Notes: a model not told the origin generated them from the letters alone. DNA of 64,000 nucleotides from Octopus sinensis (GCF_006345805.1 NC_043013.1:40362001-40426000), one strand, 5' to 3'. Shown: positions 35,898 through 49,750, counted from the first letter of the stretch. Numbers and translations are program-made.

Positions 35898-37609
35898 TGA
35901 AGCAAACTGATTTTTCTTTTTTTCCCCCAAAGTTATGCATTTGTTCATCTGAATAGATTTTGGTGATATATACACTATGTTGAAGGGTTTTTGTAGTTGA
36001 GACAGTATAAGTTTTTTATCAAGCATTGATGTCTTCTCAAGACCTGTATGTATTCATATAGACAATTTCTGTCTCCATCCTCACACTAAGTACTCTTACT
36101 TAATAGGACTGTATATATATATAAATATATATATATATCCTATATGGATGAGTTTTTCCCCACACATCTCTGCTCACAGACTTGCAACCACATCATATTC
36201 TCTTCCTTTCTTTATTGTTAATGAAATTGTTATAATGTATATTAAGACCTCAATCCATTTATTTTGATCAACACTATAAATAAGGTTTTTTAAAAGAATA
36301 ATCTTTTTATTAAAAGAATAATGTTTTTATCCAGCCCACAAGATCTAGTTTATACTGCAATGTGGCACAAAATCAAACAAGTTTGACAGTTCTGCTGTAG
36401 GGAACAAGTCAGTTGGGTTTTGAACAGTTTTATTCCTGATAATGGCACTTATAAAAGTTCTCATTCAATGAATCATAGAACAAGGCAGTGCTATTAAATT
36501 TGTATAATTAGACTTATTTTATTTTAATTCATTAGTTTAAAGAGGAAAAGTCATGTCTATGACCTTAAATTAATTTAATTATCTATTATTATATGGAGGT
36601 AGTTGATCAAATACTAGGGTTCACAAGTAACAAGCAAGATATTACAGTGCATAGGTTGTGAGTTGGATATATCTTGAGATTCAGTGAGACACTTAAGGGA
36701 GTTGGGTTTTGATAAAAATGATTGAATAAATGGAATGAAGTGGCATCTATAGTGAAAAATATTGGAGCAGTAAAAACAGTAGAAGTAGAAAGAAAGACTA
36801 TACAATTGTTTTTATATGGGTTGGAAATTTTTATGATTAATTTTCTTTTGAACAGGGTCATTCGGAGTTGTGACAAAAGGAAGAATACAAGTATATTTTG
36901 TTGGTAGTAATAGTCTTATGCATATTATCTAAGTCAACATGTTTTACAGGAACATTCTTAGAAGATAAAAAACCAGTGTCATGTTGCAGAACTGACAATA
37001 AATAGCGTAAAATTGATCTTTCTAAAATGGAAGTCATATAGTGATACATTTCACAGCACAAAAACACACATATTCACTCCTACAATTTTATATTTATTAC
37101 TTCAGAAAATCATGAACATCACAACTTTTGATTTTCTTGACATAAAATACATTATTCTTGATTTTAGTGAATGATAAAGGTTAGGTATTTGAGCACTGCT
37201 CAAAATCTATCAATGAAGCAACTTGTAAGTTATGATTCCAGTTTGAAGGTTAGAAACTTATGTCTCTTCAAAAGTACTATATGAAAAAATAAAACTAGTA
37301 TTAATGCTACTGCTGTTGTTACTTTTACTCACATTGATATTATTTACATACTAAGAAATGTATAAATAAACTATGGATGTTACTTATCTCTAAAAATATA
37401 AATATATAACATGCTTTTTATACAGAAAACTGGATCTATGGATCTTATATTCTAAGCTTTGGAAATAATAAGATCTAAATGTTTTGCTGGAAACAAAAAT
37501 AGTTTGGACACACAAGTTTTAAATATTTGCCATAATTATCTTAAAATCTCATTTTATCATTGAAATTATTGGAGTGTCTGACAGGCAATCATTTTTTTAT
37601 ATATACAAG

Positions 37610-39058
37610 CCATGTACATGAATGTTGCCAGTAAGGTGATGGTTGGCAACGAGTGTAGCAATTAATTCAGTGTAGAGGTACGAGTTCACTAAGGATGAGT
37701 TCTCAGTCCCCTCTCGTTTATCCTAATCTTCCATGCCATAACAGAGGAATTCAAGACTGTCTGTCCCTGAGAGCTCCTCTTTGCTGATGATCTTATAGCT
37801 GAATCACTACATGACCTAGAGAAGACATTTCAGGTGTGGAAGTGAAGCCTTGAATCTAAGAGCCTTAGAGTTAATCTAGCAAAGACCAAATTCCTCCTAA
37901 GTAGGAAAACAAACAAATCACAAGTCTCTTCAGGAAAATGACCCTGCTCTATATGTAAGAAGGATGTTGGTAGAAACTCTATGCATTGTACCCAGTGCAA
38001 GCTTTGGACATATAACAGGTGTAGCAGTATCACAGGAAGGCTAACAGAAAAAATAATCTTTGTATGTGGCAAATGTGCAGTTACAGTAAGCATTAAATAT
38101 TTGCAGACAATAGACATCTTCAAATACCCAGGGAGATCCTTAGAAATAGTAGATAACTTCTGTTGCCTTGGCAACCAAGTTAGCAGTGGAGGAGGATGTT
38201 CTGAAAGTGTAGTTGCTAGAATAGGAATGAACTGGGTAAAGTTCTAAGAGCTTCTGTCTCTGTTGGTAACTAAGAACCTCTGTCTCAGAGTAAAAGGCAG
38301 ATTCTTTGATGCCTGTGTACATACAGCTATGCTACATGGCAGTGAAACATGGGCTGTGATTCTAGAGGACTTATAAAAGCTTGAAAAACATGAAGCTAGC
38401 ATGCTCCAATGGATGGGTAATGTCAATGTGCACGCATGACAGATTGATCTAAGAGAAAACTGGATTTAAGAGGCATCAGATGTTGTGTGTAAGAAAGAAG
38501 GCTGCATTGGTTTGGTTATGTGATGCATGTGGATGAGAACAGCTATGTAAAGAGTTGTCAATCTCTAATTGTGGGGACTGGGGGGAATCTGTGGAAGGGG
38601 TAGACGTAGGAAGATGTGGGATGAAGTATTAAGAAAAGATCTTCAGATGCTGAACCTCACTGAGGAAACGACAAGGGACTGGGAGTTGTGGTGATTTGCT
38701 GTACTTGAGAAGATGTGTCAAGATAAATAAAATTGTGGTCATCCATACATACAGGCAAATTCTTTGCAGGTGCCAGTGCCATGTAAAATGCACTTACACT
38801 GGTGCTGTGTAAACACCCTTGTGCCAGTGGTGCATAAATGCACCCATGCCAGTCACACGTAAAAAGCACCCAGCACACTTTGTAAAGTGGTTGGCTTTAG
38901 GAAGGGCATCCAGCTGTAGAAACCATGCCAAACAGAAAACTCAAGTCTGGACAGCTCCCTGGCTGGCAAACTCCTGTCAAACCAACCATCCCATGCCAGC
39001 ATAGAAAATGGATGTTAAACTATGATGGTGATGCTGCTGCTGAAGAAGATGATGAAGA
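37610..39058 (+). mobile_element. 5'-truncated, decayed RTE-clade LINE (RT C-terminal half, PHD-like insert, 3' UTR, GAT-rich tail)
   Basis: Decayed GVHQGSVLSP-like motif, ELLFADDL (RT YADD motif), CSICKKDVGRNSMHCTQCKLWT, LEIVDNFCCLG, AMLHGSETW, tail ccatgccagcatagaaaatggatgttaaactatgatggtgatg. Confidence 0.85.
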
Positions 39059-39644
39059 TTTTCCCAAAGAAACTCAGGCTATTAAATCATGTTTAAGAGC
39101 ATGCTAGTTATTTAAAGGATGGACAATTGCACTCGTTCTCATTGTTTAAAAAATCTTGGAAATTAAATTTCAAATTTGAAATGGCCTTCATGTAAATTCA
39201 ATTGTCATGGTATTACCAAAATTAGCTTCTTTTTGAAAGTTAAAAGGCCCTTAAGATCTTAAGAGAAGATAGCTATGCACAAAACTTATTATAATCTCTA
39301 TTTATCCAAGTTAATATCTTTTAGCTCAACCCCAAACCAAACATTGTTTTACATATGCTTTCTACTTCAATAATATTTTAATGTTAAAATGCTTTGCATT
39401 AGATATTGTTTATGAAATAAAATATGATTTGTATCTTTTTTAAATTTCACATCTGTTTGTAAGTTGTTTCACCTATATGAATAAAAAAAATACCAAGTGA
39501 GTATTTTTTGGACTTTTCAGTTTTACATGGACTTCTAATAGTAATTGTTCTTGCACTTTCTTTTTGGTAAAATATATCTAATTTATTTTAAAAAATAGAA
39601 TAATGGAGATTATATTTTTAAATGTGATAAAAAGGACTACTTAC

Positions 39645-40196
39645 TGACGTTAAAACTGATTGCAATCTGTTCAAGAGCTTTATAGCTTGGTACACGAACA
39701 ATTCCTTTCGGGTATGTACTGGCAATGTCCACTAATTCTTGCAAATCAACATTGTTTCCTACTCCAACAGAGTATGTATGAATGCCGGCATCCTTTAATT
39801 TCTGAGCTTTTCTTCTTGTTTCTAAACGATTGTCTGATGTTCCATCAGTGACAATAATAGCAACTTGGGGTCTTTCAGGTTGTGGATAAGGACGTTCAAA
39901 CATTTTCCTTGTAAGGTCCAAAGCATCAGCTGTGTTTGTCTGTCCCATTCGATAAGGAACATCTTTAATTGCATCTGATACAGCCCATCTATCTTTGTAT
40001 TTGTCGAGTGGTATGTCAACATGTGCCTTGTCGCTGTATGATACCACACCCATTTTTATTTGGCATGGCCCTTGTCCAATATCATAGTTTTTTGCAAAAT
40101 TATCAACAAATGACCGCAATCTGTTATAGTCTGGAGGCCAAATACTGCTAGAGGAGTCCAGAACAAATACAAAGTCTGCCACGTCTCCATAGCATT
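39645..40196 (-). CDS. von Willebrand factor type A (VWA) domain exon, 552 bp, phase 1-1
   Basis: Acceptor tttttttcttag|AATGCTATGGAGAC at 40197/40196. Translation CYGDVADFVFVLDSSSSIW...MGVVSYSD...GQTNTADAL...AIIVTDG...GVG: MIDAS DxSxS, T and D are all present. Donor gtaagt follows. Confidence 0.92.
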
Positions 40197-40619
40197 CTAA
40201 GAAAAAAATAATAGAAACAAGTTAGTCATAACGAAAATCTTGAAAAGAATTTGGCATTTAATTAATGAACACTTGCCTAACAAATCAACAATAATGATAC
40301 TCTGTAATTATATATCATCACAGAAAATGATATTTCACAAACATAAATATTATGAGAAACCTCAATATCAAACAGTCTTCATTTATCAATTCAGACACTG
40401 ACTGTATTCAAGATATGGAAAGCAAAGCAATATTAAAGGTTTGTTGTCTCTATTTCAATGTATTTTACTCTAATAATTATAGCTACCAACATCTGAAAGA
40501 AATTGTGCTGATAGCAATCAGCTTTGTATAAGACTTAGGTTTTATCATATCATATCATAACATGTATGAAAAGTGCTGTGGTTGTGTGCCAGGTTCTTGA
40601 TCTGCAAGATGTGATTTCC

Positions 40620-41811
<1,192 letters not shown>

Positions 41812-41934
41812 TGTTGTAGGGAATTAGTAATAATGGTACACCCCTCCCGTGTGATGAATGGCATAACCTAGTCACTATAAGTAAAGAGAGTATGTAGCAG
41901 GCAGTGAGAGATAGTCGTGTTTAGGATGTAAACA
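41812..41934 (+). repeat. 5' LTR (internally deleted by ~60 bp relative to the 3' LTR)
   Basis: Starts TGTTGTAGGGAATT, matches the 3' LTR for ~105 bp, then jumps to ttaggatgtaaaca, which resembles the 3' LTR end ttaaggatgataaca. Confidence 0.7.
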
Positions 41935-44307
41935 ACTCATAAGGAATTAATAAACTTGACAAGGATTTTAAAAACTCATGAGGAATTAAGAAACTCGAAG
42001 AGGAGTTAATAAATTCACAAAATTGGTGTATGAATTTTACGATAATCCGTAAAAGTATAGAAAATTTGTTGGCAGGTTTGCTCGAGTTGCAAAAGCAACA
42101 ACAACAACAGCAGATACAACTGTTAGAACAACAACAACAACAAATAATATTACAGCAACAAAAGCTGCAATTACTGAAGTCATCAGGAAAGTCAGAAAAA
42201 GTGTTCTCAACAGACTACATCATGAACTCCATAACGGAGTTCAAATACGAACCTAATGAAGGAGTTACTTTCGAAGCATACTACAGAAGATATGAGCAAA
42301 TCTTCAAGAAGGAATGTAAAGACTGGAATGACAAGATAAAAACGTGCTTAATCTTGAGAAAACTGGTGGCAACAGAACATGAATGATACACTAATTACAT
42401 ACTCCCAAGAAAACCTTTGGATATAAACTTTAATGACACAAGAGATATATTGTGGTAAAATTTTCAGTGAAAAAAGCTCATTGTTCAACACACGTTGTTA
42501 GTGTCTGAACTTAGAGGAAAACTTAAAACCAGAACTTTTGCAAAGCTGGAACAAAACTAGGATGTAACCCTACAGCAAGTGTCAGAAGAATATGAAAGGA
42601 CAGCCAAATTAAGACATGACACAGAGGAAATTGAACTTAAAGATTGTTTCTAAGTAAAGCAAGTGCAAAATAATCAGAATAGAGATAATGTGCTCTCTAA
42701 AAAACACAACAAAAATCAGGAAATAAACCCATGTTTTGCATGTGGGGGTATACACCTGAGAAAAAATTGTCCATTTAAAAAACTGGAGTGCTTTCATTGT
42801 CAAAATATAGGACATATAAAGATGCATTGTAGAACGAAGATGACAAAACGTTAGAACAAAGGAAAAAGAATAAATAGCATGTCATTGGAAGAAACTGGTA
42901 ATATAACGATGAGAAAATTTGTGAAAATGAAAATTAAAAATACAAATATTGAAATGCAGTTAGACACTGGTAGTGATATCACCATTATAAATGAAAACCC
43001 TTGGATATATGTCAGTAAGCCAAAATTAATTAAATTGAAAAAGGTAGCACATTGTTACGGGAAAAATATTATATTTTGGTGGGGAATTCATATGTAATGT
43101 ATCATTTCAAGGTCAAACAAAAAAAAGTAAAGATATATGTGTTAAAAAGTTCACTTAATTTATTCAGCACAGAGTGGATGGAACTATTTAAATTATGGAA
43201 TACACCTATAAGTGTTTCAAATGGAAATGTAGTCAGTTTGGTTGAAGGTTTGAATGTGGCTTAGGGACTGAAACAAAAATTTGCAGTAAACCAGAGTGGA
43301 ATACCTGTATGTAAGCCACAAAGAAATGAAAAATTGTCCACGATAAAAAGTAAACATTGTTCAAAAGTAGATGTTCCATGGTCAAGACTATGCATTGGTT
43401 TCACTGGTTCTTTAAATGGTTCTTACTATTTGGTGGTAGTTGATAGTTTCTTGAAATGGCCTGAAATTTGTAAGTGTAAAAAATCAACCTCTTCATCAGT
43501 GATAAACTTTTTATATGACTTGTTTGCAAGATTTGCATCCCAGACAAGATAGTGTCTAACAATGGAATGCAATTTGTGTCAAATGAATTAAAAAAATTTT
43601 GTGAAATGTTCATGATAGAATATATAACTACAGTGCCATACTATCTCTGAACTAACAAACGGACAGAATGCTTTGTTGATACCTTCAAAAGTGTCCTTAG
43701 AAAATCAAGCAAGGAAGTTACGGATGAGGCAGCTCTACAACAATTTTGTGACACCAAATATAAATACACCAGCAGGTAGCTCACCAGCAGAGCTGATGTT
43801 TGCAAGGAAAGTAAAATCAGTTTTTGATAAATTGCTACCTGGCAAGAAAAAAAGAAGTGCCAGGGAAGACATAGCAAGATTCTTTAAAGTTGGTGAAAAC
43901 ATGTATATGAGGGCATACAAGAATGGACTGTAGAGTTGGGAAGATGGCAAAATTACCAAATGCATAGGTAAAATGATGTATTGGGTAAAAAGTAGTAAAG
44001 GTATACGAAAAAGACACTGGAACCAACTGAAAAAAGATTTGTGGAAAGTGAATCCAAAGAAGTTGGAGGAACCAATGAAATGGTTGTATGATATATTTCA
44101 AGTACCAATACCACTGCAGGTGATTGAACCCAGGCATACAAGTGAGAAGAAAACAAAACATATAGAGTTCCTGAAAATAGATGTCAAGTGCAAAAAATAT
44201 TAAATTGTACAGAAAAAGAAAATCCTCAAGAAAAGAGATGTGGGGTGAATAAAAAAAAATATTGCTAAATAAAATGATACTTCCCAAGAAAAACTTAAAA
44301 GGGGAGA

Positions 44308-44488
44308 TGTAGGAATTAATAATAATGGTACACCCCTCCCATGTGATGAATGGAATAACCTAGTCACTCTAAGTAAAGAGAGTACATAGTAGGTGGTGAG
44401 AGATAGTTGTGTCTTTACTAGTTTTACTAAGTAAACTGCATACTGAAGTGGATGTTATAACAATCCTAATATTTTAAGGATGATAACA
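44308..44488 (+). repeat. 3' LTR (~181 bp)
   Basis: Follows the polypurine tract, starts TGTAGGAATT, ends GATAACA directly before the TSD. Confidence 0.8.
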
Positions 44489-44850
44489 GTTACATGGTTG
44501 TAGAATGGGAGTCATGAATGCTGAGAACAATGAAAGATCAGAATGGATGTACAATATAAGTGTGCATGTTTAACAAAGTGCAAATATATTGAGAGAAAAA
44601 ATGGGTATAAATAGCATGAGATGTAATGTGCAAGATAGACAACTGTGTTGGTATTGTCACACGAGGACAGGTGCATAAAGAAGTGCTAAGGGCTAAACTT
44701 GGTTGGAAGTTACGGAAGAGGGTGGCCCAGGATGATGTAGGATGAAGAAATGAAGACCAACTTCATGTTGAGCTTTATGGAGGAGATGAATGGTGATTTA
44801 TCATGCTCATGAAGAACCATTCATCTCAGCAAACATGAGGTCCTAAAAGC
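44489..44850 (+). mobile_element. RTE LINE, right part, resuming after the Gypsy insertion
   Basis: Removing the Gypsy element and one TSD restores GTA GTG TTA CAT GGT (V-V-L-H-G), matching AMLHG in the 37.6-kb copy. Decayed REKMGI...QDRQLCWY follows. Confidence 0.75.
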
Positions 44851-45679
44851 ATATTATATCTTTGCCCCTACACTCAACCTGTACTTATGAAGCCTTCCCA
44901 GCAACTCATTTTTTGTAGCACCAATCTCTCTTTTCCTCCACTAACTGCAGCGCTAGTCCTTAGCTGCTGTAGTTGTATGAAAGCAGAGCTACTAGAGCTG
45001 CATTTATTCCACTTGCCCTTCCATGCTACCAATAATCCCTCTTCTTGGAACCACTTCCCTTGCCACTATATTTACACTGAACACCCTCTCATGTCTGTGA
45101 CCAAGTCCCATTCCTTTTATTGCGACCAACTATATTGACTTTTTGTGCCTCTGATTTAGATCTCTGTCACTCTACCTCTTCACTCCGCACCATACTTCAT
45201 TCCAGCTCCATATTTTTCATCTATCTACATTTATATTGTTGTTCCAGCCCATCCCTATATATTACCACTTATCACCTCTTCCTCTTTGACCTACTCCTAT
45301 TTTCTTTACATTCCTCCAAACTGAGATTCACCATTGTTCATGCATCTACCTACGTTTGTCATTCACTGCTTTCACTTGTATCCTTATTTCTACCACCTGT
45401 CACCTTTCACACTGTCATGAACCTACCTACCCACCAACCAATCCTTGATTCTCTGTCCCTGTTCTCTCTTTATCTACCTTGTATTTGAAGATATTCCCTG
45501 ACACCTCATTTCCACTATCCTTTCTCCTTCTCCTGCTGGCATAGCCATGTATCTCCTTTATAGTAAGATGTCTGTTACTCTTCCACTATCAAACTTCAAT
45601 CTCTCAATATCTGGCACTAAGCTGCTTCGCCAGTTGTTTATCCAACTGCAGCAAGTGTTATTGTCTTGTGAGTTACTTG

Positions 45680-45885
45680 GTGACCTAACTAGTACAGGTG
45701 CTATGGAAAAAACCCCCACCTTGTATGGTCTGTTAAGTGGTTGGCATTAAGAAGAGCATCTAGCTATAGAAACCTTGTCAAAGCTGATGTTGGAGCCCAA
45801 TGCCACCCTGTGGCTCATCAGATCCTTTTGATCTGTTCAACTCATGCCAGCATGGAGTACAGAAGTTGATGATGATGATGAAGAT
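45680..45885 (+). mobile_element. RTE 3' tail / related SINE fragment
   Basis: aagtggttggcattaagaagagcatctagctatagaaacc ... catgccagcatggag ... gatgatgatgatg. Confidence 0.65.
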
Positions 45886-46789
45886 AAAATACTATGAGTC
45901 TCTAGGCAAGGCACTTTATTTAATTTACTCTATTTAACAGATATTTATTATATATGGAAGAGAACATTTTTTTTCTTAGATAGTCTCATGCTTTCAATGT
46001 ATTTATCAATACATGCCAGCAAAGAATATAAAACTACTGGAACTAGTAATCCCTCCAATTCATAGACTATGAGCACTGCACTATGTCTGCCAGTTTTAAA
46101 AGTAAGATATTGTCAGATATTTCCAGTTTAGAGAAATACTATTGAGATTCAAAGAGACATAAGGTTAAGATACTGGTTTAAAGACTAATGTTAAGATACT
46201 GGTTTAAAATTTTCTAAAAGGCTTGCACATTTAGAAAAGAAACATCTATATAATAATCTGATTGTTCATTATACTTTAGTTAGAGAGGTGGAGTAAAAGT
46301 GAGAGGGAAGAGAAATGTGAGTAGTAAAGAAAGAAGAGAGGAGTATAATAATACACTAAGGCCAAATACGTCAGTTAAAGGGAGAGGTGAAGAGTGAGAG
46401 AAAAACTGGGAAAGAAAGGTGAAGAGAAATAGAAACATGCTAAAGACAGGAAGAGGGGAATTATATGGTGAAAATGTTTGTTGAAGAGGTAAAAAGAAAG
46501 AGAGAAATATGAAGTCCTTAGCAGAGGGAAATTTTAAAATCATATAATATATTATTGTGACTGGAAATGAAATAGCTTAGCAAAATAGAAACAAGAATCA
46601 CTCTTTCTTTCTTAAATAGCTTCAGTTAATCTTTTCTGTTCTGTGGAATTTCCACAGGTCCCACAATTATCACTATGATGTGATTATCTTACTATCAGTA
46701 TACCCCATAACTAAAACTAATGCTTTAGCGACTATCAGTGTTTATTATTTATAACAAACTTTAGTTATGACACATGACTGGAAGTCTAG

Positions 46790-46885
46790 AGGAGGTTAAA
46801 TGCTTGACAGTAATGATTTTATTGATCACGGAAGTGTAAAAGGCAAAATAAACATTGTCTAGGTTTGAACTCAGAAAGTAAAGGA
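46790..46885 (-). mobile_element. Degenerate tRNA-derived SINE fragment
   Basis: Reverse complement ttctgagttcaaacc..tttgccttt resembles a B-box and the SINE at 62831; family assigned by recognition only. Confidence 0.4.
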
Positions 46886-47452
46886 GTATTATGAAAATTT
46901 TTTGTGTGTGTGTTTGAGTGTATAACAAAGTTTTTATTGTAAATAAACACTAAAATATATACTTTACAAGCACAAATCTAAGATGGAAAAAATGTACACA
47001 GACCATGGGAATGAGTGATGTATCTGTCAGAATCCAACCAGCTCTACTAACCATCATGACAGAGCACCTATGGCACACTTCATCCAAACTCAAATTAGTG
47101 CTTATAGAGTGTTGCTATGCAAGGCATATTGTTTTTTACCTACCTCAAATCTCACATGAAAATCTTTAGATTTTGCAGCTAGACTGTAGACAAATTGTTT
47201 CTGAGTTTTCATCTAGAAATTTTTACTTATCTTGTGACTGAAGCAATCTCATGCATACTATTAGTTAGTAGTAATAGATGAAAAAGTAAACAGTTAAAAC
47301 TTTTGATTGTAAGCATTAAATTAATTAGACCTGTGTGATATGTGCTGGGTGATTGTTTTTCTTTTGATATACATCTATATATCTATGTAACTGTGTGTGT
47401 GTGTGTGTGTATGTGTGTGAATACCCACCCACATACACATAAATACACATAC

Positions 47453-47625
47453 ATGAGGTGGTGGTGAAAAGTTCCTGGCTTTGGGTAAAAGAAAATAAAG
47501 GAGGATCAGTTAATTATGATTTTATTGAACATATTCCCTTCTAATTTCAGTGGTCCTTCAGTTTTACTAAGCCCTGTAAAAGAACTTGAAAGGTTGGGCC
47601 TTCATCTAACCTTTCACAACACCCT
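47453..47625 (+). mobile_element. Mariner-type element, left terminal fragment
   Basis: tgaggtggtggtgaaaagttcctggctttgggtaaaagaaaat resembles the GAGGGG..GAAAAGTTCC mariner TIR class; recognised from memory. Confidence 0.5.
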
Positions 47626-47858
47626 TTAATGTATATAAATACATATACATGCACACACACACTTATATGTACTAACTGGACCCATGAAAAATTCATGGAA
47701 ATTATAAAAATGTAAGCATCTCTAAATTGTGTGCTGGTGTCATGAAAAATGTTTCTATATTGTGATAGTTAAAGGTGGCAAGCTGGCAGAATTGTTAGTA
47801 TACTGGTCAAAATGCAGTATTTCGTCTTTCTTTACACATATACATTCTTATATATATA

Positions 47859-48372
47859 CTAGCAGTATCGCCCGGCGTTGCTCGGGTTTGTAAGGGAAAT
47901 AACTATATAAGCATTTTTAGTGAGTTATAGCAAAAAAATGCATTAAAAAAGGAATAAAAAATGATGGTAATTTTGGTGTCTTCAAGCCATGAAGTCGTTG
48001 TTCTAAAAGAACGCTGGTCTCCTTGACAACGCTTTACGATGTTGATTTCCTTACACTCCCTTCCTCACAGCTTCACGAGGGAGGGAAGAAGGGGGAGAAG
48101 CAAACAGGTGCAGGTGTGACCATGGACGCCAACTCCGCCGCCATCGACACACGAAAAATTATGCATTAAAATGGAATTAAAAAATGATGTTAAATTATTT
48201 TTAAAATCGTAGACTCATCGTAGACGCGCACTAATACTCAGACGGGCTCGATATGAATCACGACTATAAGATACCCGAATTTGGTTAAACTGCACCGCAA
48301 AATGTGGGAGTAGTTAGGAATCTAAATCGAAGGGGACAGACACTCACACAACTACAGTTTTATATATATAGA
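47859..48372 (-). mobile_element. Non-autonomous Helitron-type element (514 bp)
   Basis: Minus strand starts A|TCTATATATATAAAAC and ends with hairpin CCCGAGCAACGCCGGG then CGATACTGCTAG|T: 5'-TC, 3'-CTAG, inserted between A and T. Confidence 0.8.
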
Positions 48373-48659
48373 TATATGTGTGTGTGTGTCTTTTGGTTTT
48401 TGTTTACTTATGCACATCAACAAATGAGCCAACTGAACAACTCTGTGTGGTTGTTCAGTTTGCTAGAAATAACTGCCAAATCTGTCTCCTACTATGCTTT
48501 TGTTAGGATTAAGGAAAGGGTAAAAATAGAATAAATATTTTTGATTTTGTTTGGCTCTATGAATTTAATTTTTTTAAAAATGCTTTTGTCCATTACTTGA
48601 TACAAGAAAAAAAAAAAAGGAAAAATCTTGACCAAAACAGAGAAATTGTAATTTCCCTA

Positions 48660-48933
48660 CCCTGACTAGCTCTTGTGCTGGTAGCACATAAAATGCACCA
48701 TCCAAATGTGGCTGATGCCAGTGCCACCTGACTGGCTCCCATGCCGGTGGCACGTAAAAAGCACTCACTACACTCTCATAGTGGTTGGTGTTAGGAAGGG
48801 TATTGAGCTATAGAAACATTGCCAGATCAGATTGGAGCCTGATGTGGCCTCCTGGCTTGCCAGTCCCCAATCAAACTGTCCAACCCATGCCAGCATGGAA
48901 AACGGATGTTAAGCGATGATGATGTTGATGATG
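48660..48933 (+). mobile_element. RTE 3' UTR/tail fragment
   Basis: gtggttggtgttaggaaggg...ccaacccatgccagcatggaaaacggatgttaagcgatgatgatg, same family as 38880-39050. Confidence 0.75.
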
Positions 48934-49082
48934 AAAGAAAAGGTTGTATTCGAAAGCCAAAAGATGTTTTTTTAGCCGAGGTGTAATTTTATAATAAAAA
49001 CAAATTAAAAATTTAAATTTCAGGATTGATCATGTTATCTGGTGTATGGCCAAATTCAAATGGGTTGAAGACCAAAAACAAA

Positions 49083-49120
<38 letters not shown>

Positions 49121-49564
49121 GTTGGGCCTTTAATAGCCAGGGGTCAATTTCAGTTCAATTGTAGAAAGGAATTCAAATACCCATCAGCCGTTCAGTTTCA
49201 TGCCATCATCTCCCTTTCTCTCTCACCATCTCTCTTTCTCTCTCACTTCCTCTCATACACATGTCAAATTTAAGTATCTTAATTTTCTCATTAAAAATGT
49301 TGCTGCTTTGATAGCCCAGTAAGCGTAGGTGTTGAGAAGTAGCAGTACAACACATTGGTGGGTTTCAAATCTCTACATGAAATTACAAGTGACAGGAGAT
49401 ATAGTTAAAATTTTTTATTTAAACAACAAAATTTCTTTCTCTTAAGCATGACACATGCATCAGGTATGTACAAAAAGCAAATTGGCATATTGATATTATG
49501 TATATATAGATATATATGTTACTTATACATATATTTGGCTTCCCACCTCTATTGAGGCAGTAAA

Positions 49565-49750
49565 GGTCATGTCTACTTTGGGCACACAGTGAATATGCAT
49601 CAAGATGTAGACACTGAAATCTCAAAGAAAATAAGGGCATGATGGAAGGCATTTAAACTCAATAAAAGATGTGCTCCAAACAAAGCTAGACATTGCCTTA
49701 CATGGCAGACTCTTCAATAGCACCATCCTACCGGCACTCTTTTATGTAAG
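49565..49750 (+). mobile_element. LINE RT C-terminal fragment (RTE-like)
   Basis: Translates to HVYFGHTVNMHQDVDTEISKKIRA.WKAF...LFNSTILPALFY (YxYLG and LFxxxILPxLxY pattern). Confidence 0.55.

Larger units (their letters stand above)
34396..39644 (-). other. Phase-1 GT-AG intron (5,249 bp) joining the VWA exon to the mucin exon
   Basis: Donor GTCA|gtaagtag at 39645/39644 and acceptor ttcttcag|AG at 34396/34395. The splice gives in-frame ...ISFNV-K-K-MTTPAY... Confidence 0.85.
41812..44488 (+). mobile_element. Ty3/Gypsy (Mag-like) LTR retrotransposon, internally deleted (no RT/RNase H), TSD GTTAC
   Basis: TG...CA ends with GTTAC at 41807-41811 and 44489-44493. The LTRs share aataatggtacacccctccc..gagagatagt. 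PPT aaaaggggaga. Gag FKYEPNEGVTFEAYYRRYEQIF, two CCHC knuckles (CFACGGIHLRKNC, CFHCQNIGHIKMHC), protease LDTGSD, integrase core PWSRL...YYLVVVDSFLKWPEI. Confidence 0.9.

Noticed and set aside
36607-37067. Several short ORFs in the intron
   Set aside because: No recognisable domain or splice signals; could not be assigned.
46280-46543. Hydrophobic minus-strand ORF as a possible signal-peptide or membrane exon
   Set aside because: Reverse of a purine-rich low-complexity tract; no suitable donor site seen.
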